A stretch of 40,514 nt of DNA from a virus (IMGVR_UViG_2529292831_000017:1-40514); one strand, 5' to 3'. Counted from the first letter of the stretch, positions 26,730 to 36,640 are shown. Numbers and translations: made by a program. Notes: generated by a model not told the origin, from the letters alone.

Positions 26730-29144
26730 TTAATACAGGTTCCGCCACTTATCATCTTCCTGCAAACGCTGGTTCCGATAGAAGACACGCAGGCCTGCTC
26801 CTGACGGAATACTGCCGCCGCGAAGGAGTAAATCGACCTCTTTCTCGCTGCCATCAAATCCTCTGGACTTCAGTTCATAGACGAGCTGCTGTCGTTGATG
26901 GTCTGTAATTCGCTGTTTGTAGTCTCTACGCCGTTTCGGTTTCACCAGGCGTAACCTTGCAGCCAGTTCCCGGCGCTCTTTTTTGTTCATACTGTGCAGG
27001 TAATCGTGCAACTCCTTGTCATCCATGTGGGTAATGTCCGTTCTGGTATCCCCATCAGCTGATTTGTCTTTCCCTTGTTGGTTCAAATTTTCAGCAAGGG
27101 GACAGTTATTGCCACGAGTCCAAGGGGCGCAAGCGCCCTGGTCGGCTGCCGCCTCCTGAACGTCAACGGCCTTACGAACCATTTTCCACTTCACCGCATG
27201 AGTGCAGATCTTGCCCTCTGCAATGGGTGACCAGATGCCATAAATACGAATACCGTGATCGCCATAGGCGGTCGGTTCTTCGTTGATTTCATAAGCAGTT
27301 CTGATGAGGTGATATTTGCGGGGAACCAGTACGCCGCCCTGCTTCATGATGTAGGTGGCAAAACAACCAGCATCAGCAGCAGCCAGGATTGCATCAAGGC
27401 GCGGGTTATCCAGTACCGGCGCACCTGCTTTTTTGTCCCCCTGTTGCCTTGCCGCCTGACCAGCCAGCAATCGCAGTTCACGGTAAGCCTGACGCCCCGG
27501 AATGCCAAAGAAGCGGAATTGCTGAACACGATGCAGAGACGCCCAGGCATTAACGTATTCAGCGTTATCACGCAGGGATTTACCCGTTTCCTTGCTGATC
27601 TCGCCAGCCAGACCACGCCCGTCAATGTTCTTACTGATGTATTTCGCGATGTAGCTTGTTGGCGTACCTTTGCGCGGGTTTATCAGCTCAGACTTAAAGC
27701 GTGGTCCCGTGTTATTACCCAGCTCCTCGCGGTCTTCACGAATGGCAAACTTACGCAACAAAGCAGTAATGGTGCGGCGATCTTTTTTGCGCATAAAACA
27801 CAACAGATGCCAGTGAACTGTACCGTCATGATGCGGCTCAGCCACCCGCACGCCATACCAGCGCAATCCGGCTTTGTGCATCGCCTTACGAAATGCAGCA
27901 AACATGCCGACCAGATAATCACTGCTTTGTCTTACCGTCGCATTTGTCCAGGTCGGGTTGGGCCTGCCGTTATTTAGCGTGGAATGGAAACGTGACGGAC
28001 AGGTGATGGTGTAGAAAACGGCGCAGTCACCGCGCATTTCCGCGATAAGCTCCAGACCTTTAACACAGGCCATCATCTCATTGCGGCGATGCGCAGGGTT
28101 GCTGCTGCTGGCGTTTACCACATCCTCCATGTCCAGCGTGTCGCCGTCTTCGTTCACCAGTTCATGAGAACGGAAAAACTCCAGTGACTTGCGGCGCTGC
28201 TCACGTTTATGCATCACGGCTTCATAGCTGACATAGGGAGATGCTTTTTTGCTGACCAGGCAAACAGCACGCAACTGATCTTCCCGCCATTCGCAACGCA
28301 TCTTCCACAATTTCCGATACCACCAGTCGGCGCACAGCATACGCGCCAGCGACCCCGGAATGAGTTCATAGGGCACGGGTTTACGGCGGTTTCTTTTCCG
28401 GCGGAGTTGCTCAAACGCAGGCGGTATGACATCCAGTCGCAGGGTTTCTGCTGCCACCTTTTCCCATGTCTTGCGGATTTCTTCTGGCTTAACATCATCG
28501 GTGGCATACAAATCGCCACAAGCAGCATCAAGGCACATGCTCATATGCGCAGCTACCAAGGTGGACAGGCGTTTCACCTGATCCTGACTCATTTCAGGCA
28601 GAATCAGCAGGCCATCCAGCCCTTCATGGCTTGCCATAAAGCGAAAAGAAGTGGATAGCTGACTGTCGCGTACATGCTCCAGCCGTTCCAGACATGGCTT
28701 AATCGTCTCACACAAATAGCGGGAATAAGCCTTTGGCCTGCCCAGGCTGCTGAAGTATTCAATACGTTGCATCAGCGGCTTGCTGATATGGGAAGGCTGG
28801 GCGTTAACGTCCGCCAGAATGACCATGTCTGGATTAAAACGCTGCTGCTCATGCGCCAGCTTTGCCCAGCTAATGAGCTTATCCTGCTCCATTTCGCGTT
28901 GGACAGGATCACGGGATTCATTAAAGAAATAACGCTCCCAGACCTGAGCACTCAGTGCCTCGCGGCGCAGCTGTTCCTGCTCGTTATCGGCAGCGTACAG
29001 AGTGATCAGGTTTGAAAGCGCAGAAACCGGCGCGACTTCCGCCGGGTCCAGATAAGGGTTAATGGCCTTTTTCGGGCTGTTCCATGAGAATGCTGCGGCG
29101 GCCTCGTTAAAGCCGCTGCAGTTGTTCATATCAGCATGGCTCAT
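26730..29144 (-). CDS. A: Replication initiation endonuclease A (rolling-circle initiator)
   Basis: 804 aa; contains the tyrosine motif [12 protein letters not shown] typical of P2 gpA-family initiators. Confidence 0.9.
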   Translation of the reverse strand: MSHADMNNCSGFNEAAAAFSWNSPKKAINPYLDPAEVAPVSALSNLITLYAADNEQEQLRREALSAQVWERYFFNESRDPVQREMEQDKLISWAKLAHEQQRFNPDMVILADVNAQPSHISKPLMQRIEYFSSLGRPKAYSRYLCETIKPCLERLEHVRDSQLSTSFRFMASHEGLDGLLILPEMSQDQVKRLSTLVAAHMSMCLDAACGDLYATDDVKPEEIRKTWEKVAAETLRLDVIPPAFEQLRRKRNRRKPVPYELIPGSLARMLCADWWYRKLWKMRCEWREDQLRAVCLVSKKASPYVSYEAVMHKREQRRKSLEFFRSHELVNEDGDTLDMEDVVNASSSNPAHRRNEMMACVKGLELIAEMRGDCAVFYTITCPSRFHSTLNNGRPNPTWTNATVRQSSDYLVGMFAAFRKAMHKAGLRWYGVRVAEPHHDGTVHWHLLCFMRKKDRRTITALLRKFAIREDREELGNNTGPRFKSELINPRKGTPTSYIAKYISKNIDGRGLAGEISKETGKSLRDNAEYVNAWASLHRVQQFRFFGIPGRQAYRELRLLAGQAARQQGDKKAGAPVLDNPRLDAILAAADAGCFATYIMKQGGVLVPRKYHLIRTAYEINEEPTAYGDHGIRIYGIWSPIAEGKICTHAVKWKMVRKAVDVQEAAADQGACAPWTRGNNCPLAENLNQQGKDKSADGDTRTDITHMDDKELHDYLHSMNKKERRELAARLRLVKPKRRRDYKQRITDHQRQQLVYELKSRGFDGSEKEVDLLLRGGSIPSGAGLRVFYRNQRLQEDDKWRNLY

Positions 29145-29998
29145 GCACGCACTCCGTACACGGCAGAACTATCCACGCCACGCAAAGGATCAAATCCCAC
29201 CCAGCAGCGCGCCCCGGAAACAGCGATGATTTCTGTTGCAGATTTACTCTCACCAGCTGCTACGCCGATGCTGCGTTTTGCCTTGATGTAGTGGTGAGTA
29301 AAATTGCGATACAGCGAACGGATCAGGGATGTGTCACTGTTAGAAACAATGACCGGATGTCCTTCAGATGCTCGATGTTCAAGAACGGATGCCAGGTGAT
29401 ACTGGTCATCTTCAGTGAAACCATCAGTGTGATAGCCGGAAAACGTACCGTCATACGGCGGATCGCAATACACCACATCCCCCGCCTTCAACATCGCCAG
29501 CGTTTCATCAAAGCTGGCGCAGATAAACGTTGCCCGCTGGGCTTTTTCTGCAAATGCGCGAATTTCTTTTTCAGGTAAATACGGATTTTTATAATTACCG
29601 TAGGGAATGTTGAAATGCCCGCTCTTGTTATAGCGACATAAACCACGGTAACCGTGACGATTGAGATACAGGAAATATACCGCTTTCATGAAATCAGTAA
29701 TTTCAGTTGAGTAATTAAACTCCTGCCTTATGTTGTAATAAGCTACCTCCCTGTTTGCGATCTCAAATAAAACTCTGGCGCGAGATATAAACGATTCACA
29801 ATCAGCGGCAACCTTTTTATAGAGGTTGATTAAATCAGGATTAATATCCGCAACCAGATAGCTTGGATAATCCGTCTCCATCATCACCGCACAGGAACCC
29901 GCGAAAGGTTCAACCAGTCGCGGGCCAGCAGGAAGGTGTTTTTTCAGTTCGGACATAATTGCGGTTTTATTTCCCGCCCATTTCAGGATGGTGCTCAT
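29141..29998 (-). CDS. dam: DNA adenine methyltransferase (Dam-like)
   Basis: [12 protein letters not shown]-terminus and catalytic DPPY motif ([10 protein letters not shown]). Confidence 0.85.
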   Translation of the reverse strand: MSTILKWAGNKTAIMSELKKHLPAGPRLVEPFAGSCAVMMETDYPSYLVADINPDLINLYKKVAADCESFISRARVLFEIANREVAYYNIRQEFNYSTEITDFMKAVYFLYLNRHGYRGLCRYNKSGHFNIPYGNYKNPYLPEKEIRAFAEKAQRATFICASFDETLAMLKAGDVVYCDPPYDGTFSGYHTDGFTEDDQYHLASVLEHRASEGHPVIVSNSDTSLIRSLYRNFTHHYIKAKRSIGVAAGESKSATEIIAVSGARCWVGFDPLRGVDSSAVYGVRA

Positions 29999-30222
29999 AC
30001 AGCACCTCCGTTGTAATGTTTGCCTTTCAGCTCTGCAATTTCCTGACAGGTAATGCAAAGCTGCACACCCGGAATGGCACGACGGCGTGCTGGCGGAATT
30101 GGCGCTTCACACTCAACGCAAAGCACGCGGGACACGCCCGGTGTTTTGGCACGGGCAGCACGGATATGACGTTGGCGTTCTTCTTCAACTCGCTGCTGTA
30201 CGAGATCCATTGCATCAGCCAT
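29995..30222 (-). CDS. TraR/DksA-family C4 zinc-finger protein
   Basis: CVECEAPIPPARRRAIPGVQLCITCQ, the four-Cys motif of TraR/DksA. Confidence 0.8.
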   Translation of the reverse strand: MADAMDLVQQRVEEERQRHIRAARAKTPGVSRVLCVECEAPIPPARRRAIPGVQLCITCQEIAELKGKHYNGGAV

Positions 30223-30461
30223 CAGTGGATCTCCTGCGCTTCGTTCTGGATTGCTTCAGCAGTCACACGCAGCAGTTCTGCCGCTTCGACGTGGTTTAAC
30301 TGGCGGGATGTGATATGACACGCCAGGCTATCAAGGCGGGCAGCCATTGCCTCAGCCCTTGCCCGACGTTCTTCAAGACGGGCCTCTGTCAGTAAAAGAT
30401 TAAGACCTGCATCATCCGGTCCGGTTTTAGTCGTGAGGGTTTCAATATTACGCATAATCAA
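30222..30461 (-). CDS. Hypothetical early-region protein (79 aa)
   Basis: ORF in the early operon, start overlapping the downstream gene. Confidence 0.4.
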   Translation of the reverse strand: MIMRNIETLTTKTGPDDAGLNLLLTEARLEERRARAEAMAARLDSLACHITSRQLNHVEAAELLRVTAEAIQNEAQEIH

Positions 30462-30522
30462 TTCTCCTGAATTTAGATAAAGGGATGCCCGGCGGGTTTA
30501 CGCCATTAATTTCATTAGTTGG

Positions 30523-30864
30523 TTAATTCGGCATGGTTAGCCGTCTGGGAAATAAGCTCACCACTGCACGAAAATGATTCATTGCTTTAATCAACTCCCG
30601 CTTTTCGTCAGTGGTCAGCTCATTAATGCTGATGCTATGACGTTCAGCTGGAATTTTTGCCATAAAGAATATGGCAGCCAGTGCCCGTTTATTTTGTTCG
30701 CTATTAATATCCCGTGAATCACGCATATCTTTAATAAACCGCTCAAGCTCTGACTCAATATTCAGGCCAAAAACTTTCGCCCTTAACTCCGCAATGTGAT
30801 TAAGTCCATTCAGGCGTTCACCGGGGCTTAATGGAACAGTCGCCGCAGTGCCTTCAATAGCCAT
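30523..30864 (-). CDS. Hypothetical early-region protein (113 aa)
   Basis: ORF with protein-like composition in the early operon. Confidence 0.4.
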   Translation of the reverse strand: MAIEGTAATVPLSPGERLNGLNHIAELRAKVFGLNIESELERFIKDMRDSRDINSEQNKRALAAIFFMAKIPAERHSISINELTTDEKRELIKAMNHFRAVVSLFPRRLTMPN

Positions 30865-30945
30865 TTATGCATCCCACAACACATCTACTAAAAAATTTTT
30901 GATATGATCCATTACCAACATATTGATAGCTAGAAGGAATCATCA

Positions 30946-31194
30946 ATGTTGAACCCGGTTGAAAGAGAGCGTATAGAGCAACTTGAAAACGAGATCTCCA
31001 GTCTTCGCGATGAGGTTGCTGTTCAACGAATTCTTGTTTCAGGTCTGATCCACTCCTTATTTCGAACTGACTCAGCAAATCAATCAGCATTTTTTGAGCT
31101 CCTCCGCGAAGAATTAAACAAACTTCCTTTAGGTTCGGTTAAACAACAAGAATTCACTCATCTGATACAGACACTGATAGATCGTTACCGATAA
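30946..31194 (+). CDS. Hypothetical 82-aa helical protein, antisense to the early operon
   Basis: SD AGGAA 7-8 nt upstream; predicted coiled-coil composition; preferred over the overlapping - strand ORF 30854-31090. Confidence 0.4.
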   Translation: MLNPVERERIEQLENEISSLRDEVAVQRILVSGLIHSLFRTDSANQSAFFELLREELNKLPLGSVKQQEFTHLIQTLIDRYR

Positions 31195-31409
31195 ATATTT
31201 CGCCGATAACGTTCAAGAGGTGATGTCTTTATACGCATCACTTCTTGTACTTTTTCACCACGTATAAAGGTTCCATCCTTTAGCGTGAAAAAGTAGCTAC
31301 CATCGCCCGACAACGACGGATAACAACAGAGCAAATCATCTTCAGGTACTGAATAATTCTCCCCTCTGTAACGAAAGTGATAAACCACTTTATTTTCTGC
31401 CGCATACAT
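31185..31409 (-). CDS. Hypothetical early protein (74 aa)
   Basis: ORF downstream of cII; overlaps the alternative ORF 31280-31606, whose N-terminal part is also protein-like. Confidence 0.35.
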   Translation of the reverse strand: MYAAENKVVYHFRYRGENYSVPEDDLLCCYPSLSGDGSYFFTLKDGTFIRGEKVQEVMRIKTSPLERYRRNIYR

Positions 31410-31583
31410 TTGGACTTTCTCCGTTTCCTCGTGGTCAATTCAGACAGCAATTCATCTTGTGAACGGCACGGATGCCAGCGTTTACCATCCTCACCCATGA
31501 TCCAGCCGTGACCGTAGTGCATTGCCGGGCTTTGTTTTACCAGCAGCGATGCAAATGATGGTTCTTTCGTCAGCATAAGCACC

Positions 31584-32093
31584 TCACAGCAAACCGAATG
31601 AAGCACCGAGGCCAGTCACGGTATCAACTGCACTCGCCATCGCAGGATTAGCCTGTAAACGGGCCTGCAATGAAACAGCCGCCAGCGCCATCAGTCGTGT
31701 TACAGAGTTAATGCTGCTGATAGCATCACGACGACCGGCACAGGTTTTTACATCGCCAGATACCGCACCTGCAGCAACACGCCCGATCTCTGCGGTTGCA
31801 CTCATGACGTAATGTGGCAGTTTCTCTTTTGCCACCTCATTAATCGGTACACATGGCAGACAATGAATCTGAGCCAGAAAGCCATCGACCAGCGTTGAAT
31901 CTTCAGTCAGATCGGTAAGCAACCAGATTTCTGACGGCGTGAGCTGATGTGATTGTTCCGGGTTAAGCTTGTTACGCAGCGTCTGGACGTTCATTCCCGC
32001 GCGTTCTGCCAGCTTCGCCATGTTGTGACGCAGTGCGAAAGCCCGACAGGCTTCATCAAAATGCGGATGTTTGGAAATCTTGTAATCAAACAT
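31584..32093 (-). CDS. cII: CII-like lysogeny-establishment regulator (169 aa)
   Basis: Same length as 186 CII and same position after apl; the 186-CII similarity is from recollection, not alignment. Confidence 0.75.
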   Translation of the reverse strand: MFDYKISKHPHFDEACRAFALRHNMAKLAERAGMNVQTLRNKLNPEQSHQLTPSEIWLLTDLTEDSTLVDGFLAQIHCLPCVPINEVAKEKLPHYVMSATAEIGRVAAGAVSGDVKTCAGRRDAISSINSVTRLMALAAVSLQARLQANPAMASAVDTVTGLGASFGLL

Positions 32094-32125
32094 GGTGCTC
32101 CCTTAGAAAGTTCCCATAATTGAAG

Positions 32126-32368
32126 TTACTTACCAACAATGACGCGGAAGTTGGAATGACCGAGGGATTCACGGACCTGATCAGTTTTGTACATCAGATA
32201 ACGCAGGCTTACGCGGCCTTTGTTTTTTTCTTTCTTGACCATGTACTTAGCGAGTTGGCCATGGTGAATTTTTTGGTAAACAGACCCACGGGAAATACCT
32301 TCCCATTCAGCGAATTCAGCAGGCGTAGCCATCTCTTTTGGTACACGAATTGAAATATCTGTGCTCAT
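32126..32368 (-). CDS. apl: Apl/Cox-like excisionase and switch regulator
   Basis: 80-aa basic protein, first gene of the lytic transcript, divergent from cI. Confidence 0.55.
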   Translation of the reverse strand: MSTDISIRVPKEMATPAEFAEWEGISRGSVYQKIHHGQLAKYMVKKEKNKGRVSLRYLMYKTDQVRESLGHSNFRVIVGK

Positions 32369-32475
32369 AGTGCAGTATCCTTAGATTTAAGTTAGTTTTA
32401 TCTCGTTTTAGATCACTTTCCGGGATTCCCCTTGCGGGATAATCGCGATACTACGATCACTTTAAGTGGTCGTCA
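32369..32475. promoter_or_regulatory. Immunity switch region with divergent pR/pL-type promoters
   Basis: 107-bp AT-rich spacer between divergent apl and cI, as in the 186 switch. Confidence 0.5.
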
Positions 32476-33120
32476 ATGGAGTATTTGATGATCAACATTC
32501 AGGCAGGTCCCAATACGGGAGGTAGAGAGGCGATCGAAAGATTGCTTAAGGCATATGGATTCAGCACCAAACAAGCACTAGCTGACCATTTAAAAATTTC
32601 AAAAAGTACTATGGCAAACAGAAACTTACGAGATAGCTTTCCTGCTGAGTGGGTCATCCAGTGTGCACTTGAAACAGGGGTTTCGCTGCTATGGCTAGCC
32701 ACAGGCCAGGGTGAAATGTTCACTTCAGAAGATCGAGAAAAAAATCCCGTAAACGAGTCAAACGTCACGCTTCGACCACTTTCCAAAATCGTTGCCCCCA
32801 GCATTAAGCAAGCCGAATTGAAGAATGGGGAGTTGAATAACGAAGGGGAAGTCTTGCTTGATAGCAGCTTACTGGACAGTGAGCCCGGCAATTCATTGTT
32901 TATAAAAACGTCTACTGACTGCTTTGTAGTGGATATATCTGTCAAACAGGTTAGCAATGGTTACTGGCTTGTCGATATTGATGGGGTGAAAAGCATCGTC
33001 AAGATTGCCCGAATACCAGGCAACAGAATTGTTGTTCACCAGGACGACTCATCCTTTGAGTGTTCTGTTGATGATGTGGAAGTTGTCGGGCGAGCCATTA
33101 AAGTAATCAAGAGTATTTAG
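32476..33120 (+). CDS. cI: CI-type immunity repressor
   Basis: N-terminal HTH-like segment (KQALADHLKISKSTMANRN) plus C-terminal domain; co-oriented with and directly upstream of int. Confidence 0.75.
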   Translation: MEYLMINIQAGPNTGGREAIERLLKAYGFSTKQALADHLKISKSTMANRNLRDSFPAEWVIQCALETGVSLLWLATGQGEMFTSEDREKNPVNESNVTLRPLSKIVAPSIKQAELKNGELNNEGEVLLDSSLLDSEPGNSLFIKTSTDCFVVDISVKQVSNGYWLVDIDGVKSIVKIARIPGNRIVVHQDDSSFECSVDDVEVVGRAIKVIKSI

Positions 33121-33122
33121 TC

Positions 33123-34142
33123 ATGACCATCAGGAAACAGCCGAACGGAAAATGGTTGTGTGAGTGCTACCCTAACGGGCGGGACGGCAAGCGCGTGCGC
33201 AAGCAATTTGCGACGAAAGGCGAAGCCGTAGCATTCGAAAACTTCACCATGGATGAAGTAAACAAAAAACCATGGCTGGGGGAAAAGGAAGATCGGCGGC
33301 ATCTGTCAGAAGTGATAGAGCAATGGCACTCACTATACGGGCAGACGCTCGCAGACCCCAAACGCCTGATGGCGAAACTTAGAATTATCTGTAATGGCCT
33401 GGGCGACCCTATCGCCTCAGAGCTGACCGCCGGAGATTTTACGAAATACCGTGAAGCGCGATTAAAAGGTGAAGTGCGAAATGAAGATGGCGCGCTTATG
33501 TCGCCAGTTAAGCCCCGAACGGTAAACCTCGAACAACGCAACCTATCATCAGTTTTTGGGACTCTGAAAAAACTGGGCCACTGGTCAGCCCCTAACCCGC
33601 TCGCCGGTCTGCCAACATTCAAAATCGCAGAGGGTGAACTGGCATTCCTGACCCCAGAAGAAATTAAACGCCTGCTGGATGCCTGCGCGGATTCTCAAAG
33701 CCCCAGCCTGCTGATGATTGCAAAAATATGCCTAGCTACTGGTGCGCGGTGGAGTGAAGCAGAAAACCTGCAGGGCCATCAGTTATCAAAATACCGCATC
33801 ACTTATACCAAGACGAAGGGCAAGAAAAACCGTACCGTGCCGATATCTCAGGATCTGTATGACGAACTCCCCAAGAACAGAGGGAAGTTATTCACCCCAT
33901 GCAGAAAAGCTTTTGAGCGTGCAGTTAAACGAGCTGGTATCGACTTGCCAGAGGGACAATGTACCCACGTCTTGCGCCATACATTCGCCAGTTACTTTAT
34001 GATGAATGGAGGGAATATTCTTGTACTAAGAGATATTTTAGGCCATTCAGATATAAAAATGACTATGGTCTATTCTCATTTTTCACCTGAGCATCTTGAA
34101 GATGCTGTAACAAAAAACCCTTTATCATCACTAGCGATTTAA
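33123..34142 (+). CDS. int: Tyrosine integrase (P2/186 Int-like)
   Basis: C-terminal catalytic region HVLRHTFASYFMMNGGNILVLRDILGHSDIKMTMVYSH with the R...HxxR...Y signature. Confidence 0.9.
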   Translation: MTIRKQPNGKWLCECYPNGRDGKRVRKQFATKGEAVAFENFTMDEVNKKPWLGEKEDRRHLSEVIEQWHSLYGQTLADPKRLMAKLRIICNGLGDPIASELTAGDFTKYREARLKGEVRNEDGALMSPVKPRTVNLEQRNLSSVFGTLKKLGHWSAPNPLAGLPTFKIAEGELAFLTPEEIKRLLDACADSQSPSLLMIAKICLATGARWSEAENLQGHQLSKYRITYTKTKGKKNRTVPISQDLYDELPKNRGKLFTPCRKAFERAVKRAGIDLPEGQCTHVLRHTFASYFMMNGGNILVLRDILGHSDIKMTMVYSHFSPEHLEDAVTKNPLSSLAI

Positions 34143-34146
34143 CATA

Positions 34147-35358
34147 ATGAAAATTAATAAAATTAGTACCACAGATTATGTAGCAATGCTTAATGAAATA
34201 TTATTCGAAATAGAGTCCAAACCACTATTAAAAGCTCCTTATCTCGCGGGAAATAATATCATTAAAGATTTTAACAATAGGGTTAAATGTTACCTAGAAG
34301 TCATAAACAAGATTTACAGTAAAAACCCTCACAACCTTGTAATTCGTGAAATAAAATCAAAAATAAAAAGCACAAAAACACTCTCGGATAAAATTTCAGA
34401 AACACTTAGATTATATTTAAACGGTAAAATCAAAGAATCTTACCTAACATTTGATCACGCTATCACCAAGACAAATATAAATGACCACATCTATAATATG
34501 TCCGTTCCATTAAGTGTGTTTTGTCATCCTGGAAAACCTCTATTTCGCGTAAGAAAAAGCGATCAAATAATAAAAGAAAGGCGTGATATCTTTCATATTC
34601 CTTTTTCTAAACGTTATCTTGTGAATGCACAAAGATACTCAGTCTCAGGCCTTCCTTGTTTATATTTAGGAACCTCTATTTTTGTATGTTGGCAAGAAAT
34701 GGAAAAACCAGACTTTGATAAATTATATGTATCTTCATTCATCACAGAGTCTGGTTCATCACATAGAATACTTAACCTTGGTTATAATTTGAGATCAGCA
34801 TTGAACATAAACACCTTAGCATGGCTGTTAGATAATGATACTGAAGGAACTATGAATAGGGTCATTTCGAACTTAATTTCCTGGCCACTTGTGTTAGCCT
34901 GTAATTATACAAAACAACATAAAAACTCTAGTTTCAACCCTGAGTACATAATCCCCAACCTTCTTATGCAATGGCTCAGCAGCAATGAAAATAAGGGCAT
35001 AGCCGGTATCGCTTATCGCACGACTAAAATTCTCAATCAAAAAGATAGTGATATTGGTATTAATATAATCATGCCACCTAAAATGGATAATATTTTGGAT
35101 TCTGGTTATGATTACTGCCCACACTTACTAAGTGTATTTAAATTTACCAAACCTGTTTCATGGCAAGTATTTAGCACTTTAAACGTCAAGACCGATGGTA
35201 TGGATGAAGATAGACTCATAATGGGAGGACCAACTCCAGCATCAGGTACAATTGAAGATTTTGATGAATCGCTAGTGGAATATTACAATAATACCTCATT
35301 CAAAAAAGTTCAATTGTTAATTCATAAAATGATGAAGCATGATTATCTTGAGCCTTAA
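34147..35358 (+). CDS. Accessory gene: 403-aa protein with RES-domain-like motifs
   Basis: About 30% GC; starts 4 bp after the int stop; LFRVRK...QRYSVSGLPCLYLGTSIFVCWQEM and later GIAGIAYRTTKI...GINIIMPP follow the RES pattern (conserved Arg, Glu, Ser/Thr). Confidence 0.5.
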   Translation: MKINKISTTDYVAMLNEILFEIESKPLLKAPYLAGNNIIKDFNNRVKCYLEVINKIYSKNPHNLVIREIKSKIKSTKTLSDKISETLRLYLNGKIKESYLTFDHAITKTNINDHIYNMSVPLSVFCHPGKPLFRVRKSDQIIKERRDIFHIPFSKRYLVNAQRYSVSGLPCLYLGTSIFVCWQEMEKPDFDKLYVSSFITESGSSHRILNLGYNLRSALNINTLAWLLDNDTEGTMNRVISNLISWPLVLACNYTKQHKNSSFNPEYIIPNLLMQWLSSNENKGIAGIAYRTTKILNQKDSDIGINIIMPPKMDNILDSGYDYCPHLLSVFKFTKPVSWQVFSTLNVKTDGMDEDRLIMGGPTPASGTIEDFDESLVEYYNNTSFKKVQLLIHKMMKHDYLEP

Positions 35359-35387
35359 GTGGCGGCGTTTTGGCGGTAGAGTATTAA
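35359..35387. repeat. 29-bp imperfect direct repeat, copy 1 (copy 2 at 36317-36345)
   Basis: GTGGCGGCGTTTTGGCGGTAGAGTATTAA versus CTGGCGGCACTTTGGCGGCAGAGCATTAA (24/29 identical); each ends in the stop codon region of a cargo gene. Confidence 0.6.
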
Positions 35388-35391
35388 GAGG

Positions 35392-36345
35392 ATGCAGTTA
35401 CAAAAAACCTCTAACTCCATTATAGAAATAGGAAGTGATCTGATGAATAACATCATCTATACAAACGAACAATATGAAATCGAAAATCTAAGTATAGCCC
35501 TGTATGCAATTTTCGATAAAATAAAAGAAAGGATTTCCATCGCCGAAGAATCTAACATTTACACTATCAGAGATGTTGGTCATAACTCGGAATCTCAAGT
35601 TTGCAAAAACACTTTTAATAAATTAACGCAATTTTTTGATTCAAACATTCTTTACATCCAAGACTGTGAAGTCTTAATTTCATATATAACAGAGTGCAGT
35701 TTGGAACTCTCTGTTATAGCGCAACAATTTTATGAAATACTCTGGAGCGATTTGTTAATAACCACACCAGACAAAGATTTTAAAGGGATTTTAGTAGCAA
35801 AATCGCCAAAAACAAGCTTGCTATTTTCTTTGTTAAGCATGCTATTTATAAAAATGAATAGTTTGTTTGACTACGTTACTAAAATCTCCTTTGAATTATT
35901 AAAGAGTAACTTCCCAATCTCTAAATACAAGAAATTAATATCCAAAAATAAATTATACGGCAACTATAAAGAATTAGTTTTTTCGACAACAACGGATACC
36001 ATATTTGAAAATAGCAATTTTATAAACACTGTAACATCATTACGAAATCATATAATTCACCACGGTTATATAGATGAGCACCCAAAGGTATATGTTGAAG
36101 TGGAAAATGGCATTGCATTTGGGAGATTTGTACTATTCCCCGATTTGAATGAGAGTGGAGGACTGGAAAATTGCATTAACAGAACTTTATTCTATTCAAA
36201 AGAAACAAAGATTGATGAAAAATTACCTGACTTAATTAAGGAATGCCAAATTAAAGTAATTAACTCGTTGAAGGTACTAATTAAAGATCATGAAGCATTA
36301 GAAGATTCAAGAAAGACTGGCGGCACTTTGGCGGCAGAGCATTAA
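35392..36345 (+). CDS. Accessory gene: 317-aa protein with an Rx4H (HEPN-like) motif
   Basis: About 30% GC; motif SLRNHIIHHG parallels SLRNALFHNG in the 13616 ORF; the ATG at 35443 has the better SD (AGGAAG, 7-nt spacer). Confidence 0.5.
   Translation: MQLQKTSNSIIEIGSDLMNNIIYTNEQYEIENLSIALYAIFDKIKERISIAEESNIYTIRDVGHNSESQVCKNTFNKLTQFFDSNILYIQDCEVLISYITECSLELSVIAQQFYEILWSDLLITTPDKDFKGILVAKSPKTSLLFSLLSMLFIKMNSLFDYVTKISFELLKSNFPISKYKKLISKNKLYGNYKELVFSTTTDTIFENSNFINTVTSLRNHIIHHGYIDEHPKVYVEVENGIAFGRFVLFPDLNESGGLENCINRTLFYSKETKIDEKLPDLIKECQIKVINSLKVLIKDHEALEDSRKTGGTLAAEH
36317..36345. repeat. 29-bp imperfect direct repeat, copy 2
   Basis: See copy 1; a related sequence AGTGGCGGCAAAATGGCGACAGAC also occurs near attL (1107-1130). 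Confidence 0.6.
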
Positions 36346-36430
36346 AAACGAGTAAAATGAACAAACACCGAGTAATACCAACCTACTGTTTTAAAAAGCA
36401 AATCATTGTTTTTGTTATAGTTAAGATAGT

Positions 36431-36478
36431 ATGTAGGAATTTCGGACGCGGGTTCAACTCCCGCCAGCTCCACCAAAT
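36431..36478. repeat. attR: second copy of the 48-bp ssrA 3' end
   Basis: Exact copy of 1016-1063; flanks diverge immediately outside the repeat. Confidence 0.85.
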
Positions 36479-36506
36479 CATGATCCGGATACGTCCGGTG
36501 AAGTGC

Positions 36507-36545
36507 AAAAAGCCCGCATGGCACAAGCCCTGCGGGCTTTTTTGT
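36507..36545. terminator. Bidirectional rho-independent terminator after attR
   Basis: AGCCCGCA...TGCGGGCT stem flanked by AAAA and TTTTTTG. Confidence 0.6.
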
Positions 36546-36588
36546 GTCTGTCGTTGTCCGAGAATATCCGGCTAAATCCGGTGATTAT

Positions 36589-36640
36589 TGGTATACGTTT
36601 AGGTATACGGTAGGATGTATACCTAAAAGCGTATACCAAT
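36589..36640. promoter_or_regulatory. Four GTATAC-containing repeats upstream of the P4-type integrase
   Basis: GTATAC at 36591, 36604, 36617 and 36631 (13-14 bp spacing); the outer pair forms the inverted repeat TTGGTATACG...CGTATACCAA; ends 20 bp before the int SD. Confidence 0.35.

Larger units (their letters stand above)
1016..36478. mobile_element. P2/186-like prophage (~35.4 kb) integrated at ssrA
   Basis: Bounded by 48-bp direct repeats; contains a complete P2-order late gene set, cos, gene A, the cII/apl/cI switch and a tyrosine integrase. Confidence 0.9.

Noticed and set aside
27255-28658. + strand ORFs inside replication gene A
   Set aside because: Contained within the 804-aa A frame on the opposite strand.
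30854-31090. 78-aa ORF on the - strand
   Set aside because: Overlaps the more protein-like + strand ORF 30946-31194 and the adjacent gene; the translation looks non-native. Kept as uncertain.
36342-36575. Small ORFs across attR and the terminator
   Set aside because: They span the ssrA-derived repeat and a hairpin terminator; no coding signals.
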